From the NCBI GenBank assembly GCA_963828465.1, contig CAWHEU010000026.1, forward strand, positions 32,001 to 96,000: a stretch of DNA of 64,000 nt. The letters are read 5' to 3'. Source of the DNA: an uncultured Acidobacteriota bacterium (GTDB lineage Bacteria > Actinomycetota > Acidimicrobiia > Spongiisociales > ZC4RG35). Below are positions 37,967 to 47,269 of the stretch, one piece after another. The translations under genes and the position numbers were made by a program. The notes beneath the pieces were generated by a model. It was not told the origin of the DNA and did no database searches. It saw only the letters and a list, made by a program, of their open reading frames with translations. Numbering within the stretch: position 1 is the first letter of the stretch; each line of letters begins with the position of its first letter.

Positions 37967-39322
37967 TCAGGGTGCCGTTTCGTCCAGCTGTGGCTGGTAT
38001 TCCCCTGCCAGCTCCTCGGCGGTCTTCTCTGTCCCGACGACGATCTCGCCGAACATCTGCTCGAGGATGGCCTCGACCTCCCCGGCGTTCTCGCCGACCG
38101 GGGTCGGCGTGCTGTTCAGATAGGCCTCTTTGACCTCTTCGGTGAAGAAAGGCCAGAACTCCTGGAGCCGTGGATCCTCGATCGCCTCGGTCTGGCGCAT
38201 CGGTACGGACCCATTGCCGGCCGCCGCGACCAGATTCTCGGTTTCGGCGATGTAGCGGAGGATCAAGGCAGCCGCATCCGGGTTCTCCGACCCTGCCAAA
38301 ACGGCCCAGGTACGCGCCGCGTTCAGGGCAACGCCGCCTTCCGACACCGGGACAGGAGTCAGGTTCCAGACGTCCGGGTAGGTGAAGTCGCCCACGTCGT
38401 TGAAGTCGCCGGCAGTTGTGAACCCGTCGAGGATCAACCCGGCATCACCGGAGATGAACGCGCCACGGGCCTCGTCCTCACCCCAGGCAATGGCCTCGGG
38501 CGGCAACAACTCTTCGGCCGCCGCCTGCAGGAACCAGTTGATGGTGTACAGGCCGCCTTCGGATGTGAGATCGGGGATCGGTCCTTCGAACGGTGTGCCC
38601 GAGGCGGCAAGCACCGTCTTGAGTGTCGTTACCCCGTCCCCGGCGCGGGCTTGGACGGTGAGCGGGATGCCGTCGGGCCGGGATGCCTTCATCGCCCGCA
38701 TCCCTTCGAGAACGGCGTCGAGTGAGTCGAAAGGCACGGTTACCCCGGCCTCCTCGAACCAGGCGGAGTTGTAGTAGAGGATGTCGAAGTTGGCCGTGAC
38801 CGACATGCCTGTCTTGGTGCCGTCCTCGAGCGCCGTCTCCTCCCAGACCAGGGGAAGGAGCAGTCCATAGGTGTCGGGCTCTTCCTCTTCCCACTGGGCT
38901 GCGATGTCGTCGTGAGACTCGACCAGACCGGCGTTATAGAAGGTCTCGAGGAGGAACGAGTCCTCGGCGCCGAGAATGTCCGGCAATGGTTGGCCGGCGT
39001 CTTGCATCCGAAGCATCTGTTGAAGCATGTCGTCGTTGGACTGGATGTCGAACGTGACGTTGACGCCCGTCTCCTCGGTGAAGCTGGCGAATTGGTCGGG
39101 CGGGATGTAATAGTCACGCGAGGCCCAGACCAGGAGGTCGCCGTCTCCGGCCGGCTCCTCACCTCCGGCAGCAGTGGTGTCGGTACCGCCACCGGCCGTC
39201 GTCTCGGTGCCACCTGCCGCCGTCGTGCTCGTGTCCTCGCCTTCGCTGGCGCATGCGGCCATCACGAGCCCGAGGACCAATAGAAGCGCAAGCATTCGTT
39301 GACGTCTCGGTTTGAAGATCAT
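37967..39322 (-). CDS. ABC extracellular solute-binding lipoprotein (family 1)
   Basis: Lipobox MAAC, (TTAAGG)-type repeated linker, LYYN, FISGDAG. Confidence 0.88.
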   Translation of the reverse strand: MIFKPRRQRMLALLLVLGLVMAACASEGEDTSTTAAGGTETTAGGGTDTTAAGGEEPAGDGDLLVWASRDYYIPPDQFASFTEETGVNVTFDIQSNDDMLQQMLRMQDAGQPLPDILGAEDSFLLETFYNAGLVESHDDIAAQWEEEEPDTYGLLLPLVWEETALEDGTKTGMSVTANFDILYYNSAWFEEAGVTVPFDSLDAVLEGMRAMKASRPDGIPLTVQARAGDGVTTLKTVLAASGTPFEGPIPDLTSEGGLYTINWFLQAAAEELLPPEAIAWGEDEARGAFISGDAGLILDGFTTAGDFNDVGDFTYPDVWNLTPVPVSEGGVALNAARTWAVLAGSENPDAAALILRYIAETENLVAAAGNGSVPMRQTEAIEDPRLQEFWPFFTEEVKEAYLNSTPTPVGENAGEVEAILEQMFGEIVVGTEKTAEELAGEYQPQLDETAP

Positions 39323-39381
39323 TGCCTCACTCTCCGTGTCAAAGGCTTGGTCCCCGAACCAAGCAGCAGGCACAGGGGACC

Positions 39382-39402
39382 TGTCCTGCACAATGCAAAA
39401 TA
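39382..39402. promoter_or_regulatory. Degenerate island operator upstream of ABC operon (TGTCCTGCACAATGCAAAATA)
   Basis: Same TRYAY-N-ATRCA core and spacing as the other sites. Confidence 0.55.
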
Positions 39403-39512
39403 CTTACTATTGAGTGACCGGTCAACAGAGCCACAACGGTTGCCTCGGTTCCCGTCGGAGCGGTCATGGCATGGTCTCACTGTCCTGCGATACTCACCAC
39501 TCACAACCCCGA

Positions 39513-39584
39513 TGGGGGGTGGTGTAACCGGTAGCACAGCAGGTTTTGGTCCTGTAAGAGCGGGTTCGAGTCCTGCCCCCCCAG
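39513..39584 (+). tRNA. tRNA-Gln (TTG)
   Basis: Acceptor TGGGGGG/CCCCCCA, anticodon arm GCAGG-TTTTGGT-CCTGT, T-arm GCGGG-TTCGAGT-CCTGC; usual position before glmU. Confidence 0.95.
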
Positions 39585-39603
39585 CGTCAATTCGTACAGA
39601 GAG

Positions 39604-40998
39604 GTGCCGTTGCCGATCCATGTCGTCATCCTCGCCGCCGGGCAAGGGAAGCGGATGATGTCCGACCTCCCCAAGGTGGCTCATATGGCAGCGGGGCGAA
39701 GGCTCATAGGTTGGGTACTCGAAGCCGTCCGCCCACTCCAGCCGGCGAGCACGGTTGTCGTCGTTGGCCATGGCGCCGAACAGGTGGTCTCCCATCTTCC
39801 TCCTGACGTGGTCCCTGCGTTGCAGGAAGAGCAACTGGGCACGGGCCATGCGACGCGGGTAGGACTCGATGCCCTGGATGATGTCTCGCCTGAGGACACG
39901 ATCATCGTGCTCTACGGGGACATGCCCCTGCTCACCAACGATTTGCTCGTTCGTCTCGCCGAGCGCTCCGACGACGTCGCCGCCCGGATGGTCACCTCCA
40001 TCTTCGACGATCCGACCGGCTATGGGCGGGTGATACGCGACGTCGGCGGACTGGTGGTCGAAGTCGTGGAGGAGCGTGACTGCGACGACGACCAGCGCGC
40101 CGTCGGCGAGATCAATGCCGGGGCCTACGCCTTCAGAGCCAAGGACCTGATCGATGCGCTCGGCGGCCTCTCCAACGAGAATTCCCAGGGCGAGTACTAC
40201 CTGACCGACGTCATCGGAATCCTCGTAGGAAGAGGCGAGCGACTAGAACCCGTCGAGACGACACCCGAGGAGGTGATCGGCATCAACTCTCAGGACCAAC
40301 TCACGGAGGCCAGACACCTGTTGCAGGCCCGAATCAACCAACGGCTCATGGAGTCAGGGGTATGGATGCTCGACCCGGATCGCACCTACGTCGACGACAC
40401 CGTGACGGTCGAGCCGGGAGCCCGGATCTACCCGGGGGTCCACCTCGAAGGCAAGACGACGGTCGCGGCCGGAGCCCAGGTCGGGCCTGATGTCTTCGCC
40501 GTCGACTCATCGATCGGGGCCGGAGCCACGGTTTGGTATGCGGTGCTTCGAAGCTCGGTGGTGGGGGAAGGCTGCGAGGTCGGCCCGTACGCATCGTTGC
40601 GACCGGGGACGGTCCTAGAGAAGGGCGCGAAGGTGGGAACCTTCGTCGAGACCAAGAACACGACCCTCGGTGAAGGAGCCAAGGCACCCCATCTCGCCTA
40701 TCTCGGCGACGCCACGGTTGGGGCGAGGTCCAACATCGGGGCCGGATCGATCACTTGCAACTACGACGGCTACGAAAAGTATCAAACGGTCATCGGCGAG
40801 GACGTGTTCATCGGATCCGACACGATGTTGGTCGCCCCGTTGACCATCGGTAACAACGCTGTCACCGGCGCCGGATCCGTTATCACCGAAGACGTCGAAG
40901 AAGGTGCCCTCGCCCTGGAGCGCACTGAGCAGCGTGATTTCCCCGGCTACTCTCAGCGCCGCGCAGAGAGACAGGCCGCCAAGAAAACCGAGGACTGA
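39604..40998 (+). CDS. glmU: Bifunctional UDP-GlcNAc pyrophosphorylase/glucosamine-1-P acetyltransferase
   Basis: ILAAGQGKRM..DLPKV, EQLGTGHA, YGRVIR, EYYLTD, NYDG, hexapeptide repeats. Confidence 0.97.
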   Translation: MPLPIHVVILAAGQGKRMMSDLPKVAHMAAGRRLIGWVLEAVRPLQPASTVVVVGHGAEQVVSHLPPDVVPALQEEQLGTGHATRVGLDALDDVSPEDTIIVLYGDMPLLTNDLLVRLAERSDDVAARMVTSIFDDPTGYGRVIRDVGGLVVEVVEERDCDDDQRAVGEINAGAYAFRAKDLIDALGGLSNENSQGEYYLTDVIGILVGRGERLEPVETTPEEVIGINSQDQLTEARHLLQARINQRLMESGVWMLDPDRTYVDDTVTVEPGARIYPGVHLEGKTTVAAGAQVGPDVFAVDSSIGAGATVWYAVLRSSVVGEGCEVGPYASLRPGTVLEKGAKVGTFVETKNTTLGEGAKAPHLAYLGDATVGARSNIGAGSITCNYDGYEKYQTVIGEDVFIGSDTMLVAPLTIGNNAVTGAGSVITEDVEEGALALERTEQRDFPGYSQRRAERQAAKKTED

Positions 40999-40999
40999 G

Positions 41000-41971
41000 T
41001 TGGACATTGTCTCCCGCAACCGAATGATGCTCTTCACCGGGGGGGCCAACATCCCTTTGGCCGAGGAGGTCGCCGAGGTCCTGGGTGTCTCCCTGGGCGA
41101 GCTCGAGCGTTCCCATTTCGCCAACGGCGAGATCTACGTGAGGCCGGCGGAGAGCGTCCGCGGGGCGGACTGCTACGTGATGCAGAGTCACTCTGAGCCG
41201 ATCAACGACAACATCATGGAGCAGCTGATAACGATCGACGCCCTCAACCGGGCGTCGGCGCGCCGGATCACCGCGGTCATGCCGTTCTTCGGCTATTCGA
41301 GACAGGACAAGAAGGTGAGGCCGCGGGAGCCCATCACCGCCCGACTCGTCGGCGACCTCTTCATGACCGCCGGGGCCGACCGTCTCGTTTCCGTCGATCT
41401 GCACACGGGACAGCTTCAGGGCTTCATCCACAAGCCGTTCGACTCTCTGACTGCCCTCCCCATCATCACCGACTACCTGTCACAAAAACTCAACGGGCAG
41501 ACGACGGTGGTCTCGCCTGATGCGGGCGGCGTGAAACGCGCCGAGCGCTACGCCCGTTTCCTCGACGCGTCGGTGGCCTTCGTCTACAAACGCCGCGACC
41601 CCGTCCTCCACAACGTCTCTGAGGCTCTCGAGCTGGCGGGGTCGGTCGATGGCCGGCACGTCGTCATCGTCGACGACATCATCGACACGGCGGGCACTGT
41701 CACCAACGCTGCGGAGATGGTGCGCGACCAGGGAGCGCTCAGTGTTCGAATCGCCGCTACCCACGGCGTCTTCTCGGAGCCGGCGCTCGACCTCCTCAAA
41801 AACGCTCCGGTCGAAGAGGTCATAGTCACGAACACGCTCCCGGTGGCCCCGGAGGTGCTCGAGCTGGACAAGCTCCAGGTGCTCTCGATAGCGCCGATCC
41901 TGGCCGAGACACTCCAGGCGATCTTCATGGACTCATCGGTATCGGAGATCTTCCTCGGCGAGAACGCCTGA
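41000..41971 (+). CDS. prs: Ribose-phosphate pyrophosphokinase
   Basis: FANGE, YSRQDKK, DLH, SPDAGG, DDIIDTAGT, THG; TTG start. Confidence 0.97.
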   Translation: MDIVSRNRMMLFTGGANIPLAEEVAEVLGVSLGELERSHFANGEIYVRPAESVRGADCYVMQSHSEPINDNIMEQLITIDALNRASARRITAVMPFFGYSRQDKKVRPREPITARLVGDLFMTAGADRLVSVDLHTGQLQGFIHKPFDSLTALPIITDYLSQKLNGQTTVVSPDAGGVKRAERYARFLDASVAFVYKRRDPVLHNVSEALELAGSVDGRHVVIVDDIIDTAGTVTNAAEMVRDQGALSVRIAATHGVFSEPALDLLKNAPVEEVIVTNTLPVAPEVLELDKLQVLSIAPILAETLQAIFMDSSVSEIFLGENA

Positions 41972-42011
41972 CAGGAACGAGTCGGGCCCTGCTTCCTAGA
42001 CTCCCGCCGTC

Positions 42012-43346
42012 GTGACCGCTCGCCATAGCCAACCCGCATCGACAGCCCAGGCCAGGCTCCGCGCTCTCGTCATCGCCTTGGTCGCCATCTTCGTCATCGC
42101 TTTCTTTTTTCTCCGGGGGGAGGGCGAAGGCGCCGGTCCCGCGGGCACCGAAGCACCGGTCGCCGGCGCCACGACCACCACGACACCACCCGGCACCGGG
42201 TCGACGACGCCGGGGGGATCGGTAACCACGGTCCCCGGCGGACCGACCACCACCGGGAGCAACCTGCCCGCTCTGCAAGGTGTGAGCCTGGAGACGCTCA
42301 CCGGTGACGTCAGGCAACCAACCGCCATCACCACTCCCCCGGGAGACGATCGCCTCTTCATCGTGGAGCGATTCGGCGTGATCCTCATGATGGATGCCAA
42401 CCGCGAGCTGCAGGAGACTGCGTTCCTCGATCTCACCGACCGGGTCCTCGCCGGCGGCATCGAGCAGGGTCTGCTCGGTCTCGCCTTCCACCCCGACTAC
42501 GCCAACAACGGAAGGTTCTACGTCTATTACACCGACCAGGGGGGCCGGCGTCAGCTCTCCGAGTTCCAGGTCTCGGTGTCCGATCCGAACATTGCCTCAC
42601 CCGATACCGAGAGGGTGCTGATCGAACTGGAGCAGCCACCGGACGCGACGGACATCCGTCACTACGCCGGCAACCTCGCATTCGGCCCAGACGGCTATCT
42701 GTACGTGTCGATGGGCGACGGCGCCGACTCCAGGGACCAGGGACAGGACCCGAACACCATGTTCGGCGCTGTCTCCCGCATCGACGTCGACGGCGGCGAC
42801 CCGTATGGGATCCCGCCAGAGAATCCCTTCGTCGAAGAGGGCGGGGCGGGCGAGGTGTGGGCCTACGGCCTCAGGAACCCGTGGCGGTTCTCCATAGATC
42901 CCGTGGACGGTCTCATCTATATCGCCGATGTGGGACACGCCGACCAGGAGGAGATCAACGTCCTCCCCATCGCCGAGGGCGGGTTCAACTTGGGTTGGTC
43001 GGACGTCGAGGGGACCCGATGCTTCCATGTCCAGGACTGCGACCTGGCCAACTACACCTCCCCGGTGCTCACCTATAGCCATGAAGAGGGGTGCTCGATC
43101 ACCGGCGGGTACGTCTATCGAGGGGCGGCGATCCCCGAGCTCACCGGGACGTATTTCTACAGCGACTGGTGCTCGGAATGGATCCGCTCGTTCAAGTATG
43201 TCGGTGGCCAGCTCACCGAAGAGCGGGACTGGACGGAGGACCTGGGCACGCTCGGACAGGTCAACACCTTCGGTGTCGACTCCGCAGGCGAGCTCTACCT
43301 CGGGACCCACGAGGGACTTATCGCCCGGTTCGTGGCCGACCGCTAG
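42012..43346 (+). CDS. PQQ-dependent sugar dehydrogenase (GSDH family), membrane-anchored
   Basis: N-terminal TM plus T/P linker; EQGLLGLAFHP, FGPDGYLY, YGLRNPWRFS. Confidence 0.9.
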   Translation: MTARHSQPASTAQARLRALVIALVAIFVIAFFFLRGEGEGAGPAGTEAPVAGATTTTTPPGTGSTTPGGSVTTVPGGPTTTGSNLPALQGVSLETLTGDVRQPTAITTPPGDDRLFIVERFGVILMMDANRELQETAFLDLTDRVLAGGIEQGLLGLAFHPDYANNGRFYVYYTDQGGRRQLSEFQVSVSDPNIASPDTERVLIELEQPPDATDIRHYAGNLAFGPDGYLYVSMGDGADSRDQGQDPNTMFGAVSRIDVDGGDPYGIPPENPFVEEGGAGEVWAYGLRNPWRFSIDPVDGLIYIADVGHADQEEINVLPIAEGGFNLGWSDVEGTRCFHVQDCDLANYTSPVLTYSHEEGCSITGGYVYRGAAIPELTGTYFYSDWCSEWIRSFKYVGGQLTEERDWTEDLGTLGQVNTFGVDSAGELYLGTHEGLIARFVADR

Positions 43347-43678
43347 CCGACCTGGGGGAGCTCTATCACCTCACCAGGAAAGATGAGGTCCGGATCGCCG
43401 GAAGTGAGCGAGGCCCGGTTCGTCTCGATCACGACTCGCCAATAGGGATCGATCTCCTCAGGTTCGGCGGGACGGTCGAGGATCCCTTCGAGGTGTGTGG
43501 CGCTGATCTTCCACAGATGGTCCCCGGGCTGAACGACGACGGACCCGATACGAGCCGGGCCTTCGCCGAGGGACACCGGCACGAACGTGGGGGTCCCTGC
43601 CGGCTCGGCGACCGCAGCCGAGCCAATCATGATCAGCACGGTGGCGAAAGTGAGTCGCTTCCCCCATGCCATACCCAC
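43343..43678 (-). CDS. Secreted LysM-domain protein
   Basis: Signal peptide; VVQPGDHLWKI...N...DPDLIFPGEVIELP. Confidence 0.85.
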   Translation of the reverse strand: MGMAWGKRLTFATVLIMIGSAAVAEPAGTPTFVPVSLGEGPARIGSVVVQPGDHLWKISATHLEGILDRPAEPEEIDPYWRVVIETNRASLTSGDPDLIFPGEVIELPQVG

Positions 43679-43726
43679 TGATTACGACATGGGGAGAGCG
43701 TCGAGAAGAGGGTTACAGTGCCGAAC

Positions 43727-43954
43727 ATGAAAGTTCGCATCGGGATCGCCGACACGGGCAAGGTCGTGGAGATCGAAGTCGAAGACGTGGAGGCGTTTCA
43801 GTCGGAGGTGGAGCGAGCGGTAGCCGACGGGGGCCTGGCCTGGTTCATCGACACCAAAGGCCGGACCGTGGGGGTTCCCGCCCAGTCGATTTCATTCGTC
43901 GAGATCGAGGCCGTCGAGGGCGGACCTTCCGTCGGTTTCGCCCCGGCTGTCTAG
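43727..43954 (+). CDS. DUF3107 family protein, leaderless
   Basis: MKVRIGI...DTKGRTVGVP...FVEI...VGF; TACAGT-N7-ATG. Confidence 0.85.
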   Translation: MKVRIGIADTGKVVEIEVEDVEAFQSEVERAVADGGLAWFIDTKGRTVGVPAQSISFVEIEAVEGGPSVGFAPAV

Positions 43955-44232
43955 ACGGCGCGTCTGCGTCGTTCGGCGAGCCAGCGCTTGCGTAGGCGTC
44001 TGCGGTCGTCTTCGGCGTAACCGCCCCAGACGCCGGACTCCTGATTGGTCTCGAGGGCGTACTGGAGGCAACTCTCCTGGACGGGGCAAGTCATGCAGAT
44101 GGCGATGGCGGCCTCGATCTGGTCAATTGCCGGTCCGGTGGTGCCGACCGGGAAGAACAGAGTCGGCTCCGAATCCCGGCAATCTGCGAGATCCCGCCAG
44201 TCTGTAGTGATGGTGGTTGTGGTGGTGAGCAA
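43951..44232 (-). CDS. whiB1: WhiB1-like Fe-S transcription factor
   Basis: DWRDLADC...LFFPVG.TGPA..QI..A..IC..CPV...CL..AL...Q.SGVWGG. Confidence 0.88.
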   Translation of the reverse strand: MLTTTTTITTDWRDLADCRDSEPTLFFPVGTTGPAIDQIEAAIAICMTCPVQESCLQYALETNQESGVWGGYAEDDRRRLRKRWLAERRRRAV

Positions 44233-44245
44233 GATGTTCCTCAGT

Positions 44246-44263
44246 TTGTGATCTTTTTCACAA
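44246..44263. promoter_or_regulatory. CRP/GlxR-type site TTGTGA-TCTTTT-TCACAA upstream of whiB1
   Basis: Perfect TGTGA-N6-TCACA. Confidence 0.7.
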
Positions 44264-44364
44264 GCGTTCCGTGAGAAGTGAAGTCCTTGGGAACGGTGGT
44301 TTTCCGAGGGCGAACGATACTGTCACTTTCTCCGCCTGTAAATGGTTTTCTTCGAAGGAGCCAG

Positions 44365-45060
44365 TTGAGCGACCAACCGGTGGTGATCGGCCACAGGGGC
44401 TGGCCGAGCCGATTCCCCGACAACACACTCGCCGGCTTTCTCGCCGCCGCCTCCGTTGCGAATGCGGTGGAGACCGATGTCCGGCGCAGCAGCGACGGAA
44501 AGCTCGTCCTCTCCCATGACCCAGAATTGGGTGGCCTCGGCGTCTCCGACCACCCCTGGTCGGTCCTTGGCGAGCTCGATCTGGGTGACGGCCACCGGCC
44601 GGCACTTCTCGACGAGGCGATCGCAGCGATCCCGGGTACGTTCTTCCAGTTCGAGATCAAGAACATGCCCCACGAACCCGGTTTCGAGCCTGATCACCGT
44701 CTCGCATTGGAGGCGGCGGAACGTGCTCGGCCGGGGGACATCGTGACCTCGTTCAACTGGGAGACCCTCGCCGCCGTCCGCCGGGTATTCCCCGATGTGG
44801 CGACCGGTGTCCTCATCGGCGGCCGAGGCGATATCGACATCGCCATCGACGAATGTTTCGACGTCGGGCACCCGGCACTGGTGCCCTCGGCCTTCCTCCC
44901 CACGCTCGGACTGGCCCGGGCTCTCGAGTCGGGTCTCGCCGTCTATCCATGGGTCGTCGACGATCCGGACCGCGTGATCGAGTTGGCCGGTCTCGGGGTG
45001 TCGGGCATCATTACGGACGATCCGGCCGTCGTCGCCTCGGCCCTGCGGAGAGACCCATGA
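44365..45060 (+). CDS. Glycerophosphodiester phosphodiesterase
   Basis: GHRG, PDNT, ETDV, SHD, EIK, WVVD, GIITDDP. Confidence 0.9.
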   Translation: MSDQPVVIGHRGWPSRFPDNTLAGFLAAASVANAVETDVRRSSDGKLVLSHDPELGGLGVSDHPWSVLGELDLGDGHRPALLDEAIAAIPGTFFQFEIKNMPHEPGFEPDHRLALEAAERARPGDIVTSFNWETLAAVRRVFPDVATGVLIGGRGDIDIAIDECFDVGHPALVPSAFLPTLGLARALESGLAVYPWVVDDPDRVIELAGLGVSGIITDDPAVVASALRRDP

Positions 45061-45521
45061 GCATCAGAGAAGAGCTTGCCAGCGAGCTTCGCGACGCGAT
45101 GAAGGCCCAGGATGCCCCGCGTCGGGACGTCATTCGCCAGATCGAAACCGAGATCTCGGTGGCGCGGAGCGAGCCAGGCTTCTCCGGGGAGCTGGACGAC
45201 GACTTGTACCGGCGGGTGATCGGCGCGTATGTGAAGAAGATGGACAAGACACGCCAGGAGTATCTGGATCTCGGTGAACGGGGGGCAGCCATGGCTGCCA
45301 AGCTGGGTTACGAGGTCGAATATCTGTCGCGCTGGCTTCCCCAGAAGCTGGACGAGGCACAGACGCGGGATCTGGTCAGGAAGACGATCCAGGATCTCGG
45401 GGTGGCCGGCGACGAGAAGGCGGCGGGGCGGGTGACCGGTCAACTGATGAAAGAGCAAGGCAAGGACCTGGACGGAGGGCTCGTCAACCGCCTGGTCCGC
45501 GAGGAGATCTCCGCGGGTTGA
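45057..45521 (+). CDS. GatB/YqeY domain protein
   Basis: LRDAMKAQD...LPQKL...G.VTG.LMK...DG..VN..VR. Confidence 0.88.
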   Translation: MSIREELASELRDAMKAQDAPRRDVIRQIETEISVARSEPGFSGELDDDLYRRVIGAYVKKMDKTRQEYLDLGERGAAMAAKLGYEVEYLSRWLPQKLDEAQTRDLVRKTIQDLGVAGDEKAAGRVTGQLMKEQGKDLDGGLVNRLVREEISAG

Positions 45522-46462
45522 GGGTCCCCGACATCGAGCCAATGCTGGCGACGAGGGTCGAGGTTCCATTTGACGATCCCGGCTGGTGGTTCGAGTTGAA
45601 ATGGGACGGCTATCGGGGCGTATTGGCAGCCGACAATGGGCGGATCCGGGCCCGATCTCGACGGGGGCTCGATCTGACCGGGCCGTTTCCCGAGCTGTCC
45701 ACGCTGCCCCTCCCCGATGGGGTGGCAGTCGATGGCGAGGTGGTTGCGTTCGATGAGGACGGAAAGCCCTCCTTCTCCTATCTCCAGCAGCGCACAGGTT
45801 TTGGTGGCCGGGGAACCAAGGCGGACGTCGGGGTCAATTTCGTGGTGTTCGACCTGCTGTATTCGGATGAGAGCCTGCTCGCCCGCCCCTATGAGGAGAG
45901 AGTCGGACGACTGATGGAACTCGCCCTACCTTCACCGATCGTGGTCCCGACGCCGACCCCGGAACACGGGCACGCATTGTTCGAGTTCGCCAGGACCTCG
46001 GACCTCGAGGGCATCGTCGGGAAGCGGCTCGGGTCGCCATATCTGCCAGGTCGACGATCGCCCGACTGGCGGAAAGTATCGGTGCGACGCCGGCTGCGGG
46101 CGGTGGTGGGCGGGTATCTCCCCGGCGAAGGCGGTCGGGCGTCCACCTTCGGCTCGATCCTGGTCGGTCTCTACGACGATGACGGGCTTCGCTGGATTGC
46201 CGCCGTGGGCTCGGGCTTCGACGACGCCACCCTCGGCGTCTTCGCCACCCATCTCCGCCAGATCGAGCGGCCGACATCCCCATTCCACAACAACGTCATC
46301 CTTCCCAAGCCGACCAAGCCGGTCTGGGTGGAGCCTGGGATCGTGGTCGATGTGGAATACAAGCAATGGACCCACGACTACCACCTGAGGGCGCCTGTCT
46401 ACAAGGGCGTGGAGATGGCGGATCCGTCGTCTGTGACCTGGGCAGAGGAAGGCCCAAGCTGA
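45518..46462 (+). CDS. ligD: ATP-dependent DNA ligase, stand-alone LigD ligase module (NHEJ)
   Basis: EPMLA, ELKWDGYR, DGEVV, FDLL, EGIVGKR..S.Y.PGRRS.DW, VGSGF, LRAPVYKG. Confidence 0.88.
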   Translation: MRVPDIEPMLATRVEVPFDDPGWWFELKWDGYRGVLAADNGRIRARSRRGLDLTGPFPELSTLPLPDGVAVDGEVVAFDEDGKPSFSYLQQRTGFGGRGTKADVGVNFVVFDLLYSDESLLARPYEERVGRLMELALPSPIVVPTPTPEHGHALFEFARTSDLEGIVGKRLGSPYLPGRRSPDWRKVSVRRRLRAVVGGYLPGEGGRASTFGSILVGLYDDDGLRWIAAVGSGFDDATLGVFATHLRQIERPTSPFHNNVILPKPTKPVWVEPGIVVDVEYKQWTHDYHLRAPVYKGVEMADPSSVTWAEEGPS

Positions 46463-46471
46463 TATCGCCGG

Positions 46472-47269
46472 CTAGCCCGCCTTGGCGGTCTTCGTCTCTT
46501 TGGTCTTGGTGGCCTCGACCGAAGCCTTCAGCGCTTCGAGGAGGTCGACCACCTTGGTCGGCTCGGGAGACACAGTGGCCACGATCTCCTCGCCGGCCAC
46601 CTTCTTCGCCGCCAGGCCCTCTATTGCCTCGCGGGTGCTGTCGACATAGTCCTCTGCCTCGAAAGGGCGGGTCAGGTTGTCGATGAGGGATGCAGCCATC
46701 TTGACCTCCTCCGGTCGAATCTCGACTTCGGCGTCGAGCTCTTCGAACTCGGCCTCCCGCAGCTCGTCCGGCCAATACATGGTCTCCATGACGATGACAC
46801 CGTCCTTGGCGCGGAGGGTGGCGAGCTGCTGCTTCTCCCGGATCGAAACCTTGGCGATGGCGACCCGCCCTTTGTCGTCGAGGGCCTGCTCCAGGATCTT
46901 GTAGGCCTTGATCCCGGTCTTCTCCGGCGCCAGGTAGTAGGCGGATTTGTAGAACATCGGGTCGATCTCGGACTCGTCGACGAACTGGACCACGTCGACC
47001 AGCTTGTTGCCGTCTTGATGTGTCGAGTCGAGCTCGTCGTCGGTGAACACGACGAACCGGTCCTTCTCGAACTCGTAACCCTTCACGATGTCATCCCACT
47101 CCACTTCCTTGCCGTCGGCTTCGGCGACACGCTTGTAACGGATCGGGGAGTGGTCGGTCTTGCGTAATTGCTTGAACTTCGGTGTCTTGTTGTCGGTCGC
47201 CGTGTAGAGGCCCACGGGAATCGTGACCAGCCCGAAGTTGATGGCGCCCTTCCAAATGGCTCGTGGCAT
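46472..47269 (-). CDS. ku: Ku protein (NHEJ), leaderless
   Basis: MPRAIWKGAINFGLVTIPV, IVKGYE, YYLAP, VVDLLEALKASV; TAAACT-N6-ATG. Confidence 0.96.
   Translation of the reverse strand: MPRAIWKGAINFGLVTIPVGLYTATDNKTPKFKQLRKTDHSPIRYKRVAEADGKEVEWDDIVKGYEFEKDRFVVFTDDELDSTHQDGNKLVDVVQFVDESEIDPMFYKSAYYLAPEKTGIKAYKILEQALDDKGRVAIAKVSIREKQQLATLRAKDGVIVMETMYWPDELREAEFEELDAEVEIRPEEVKMAASLIDNLTRPFEAEDYVDSTREAIEGLAAKKVAGEEIVATVSPEPTKVVDLLEALKASVEATKTKETKTAKAG

Noticed and set aside
39150-39235. Tandem repeat or CRISPR-like array
   Set aside because: It is the coding TTAAGG-type linker of the SBP lipoprotein. No repeat-spacer array or cas genes were seen anywhere in the window.
35982-39322. Missing ABC ATPase as a novelty
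   Set aside because: Actinobacterial CUT1 systems commonly share an MsiK-type ATPase encoded elsewhere.
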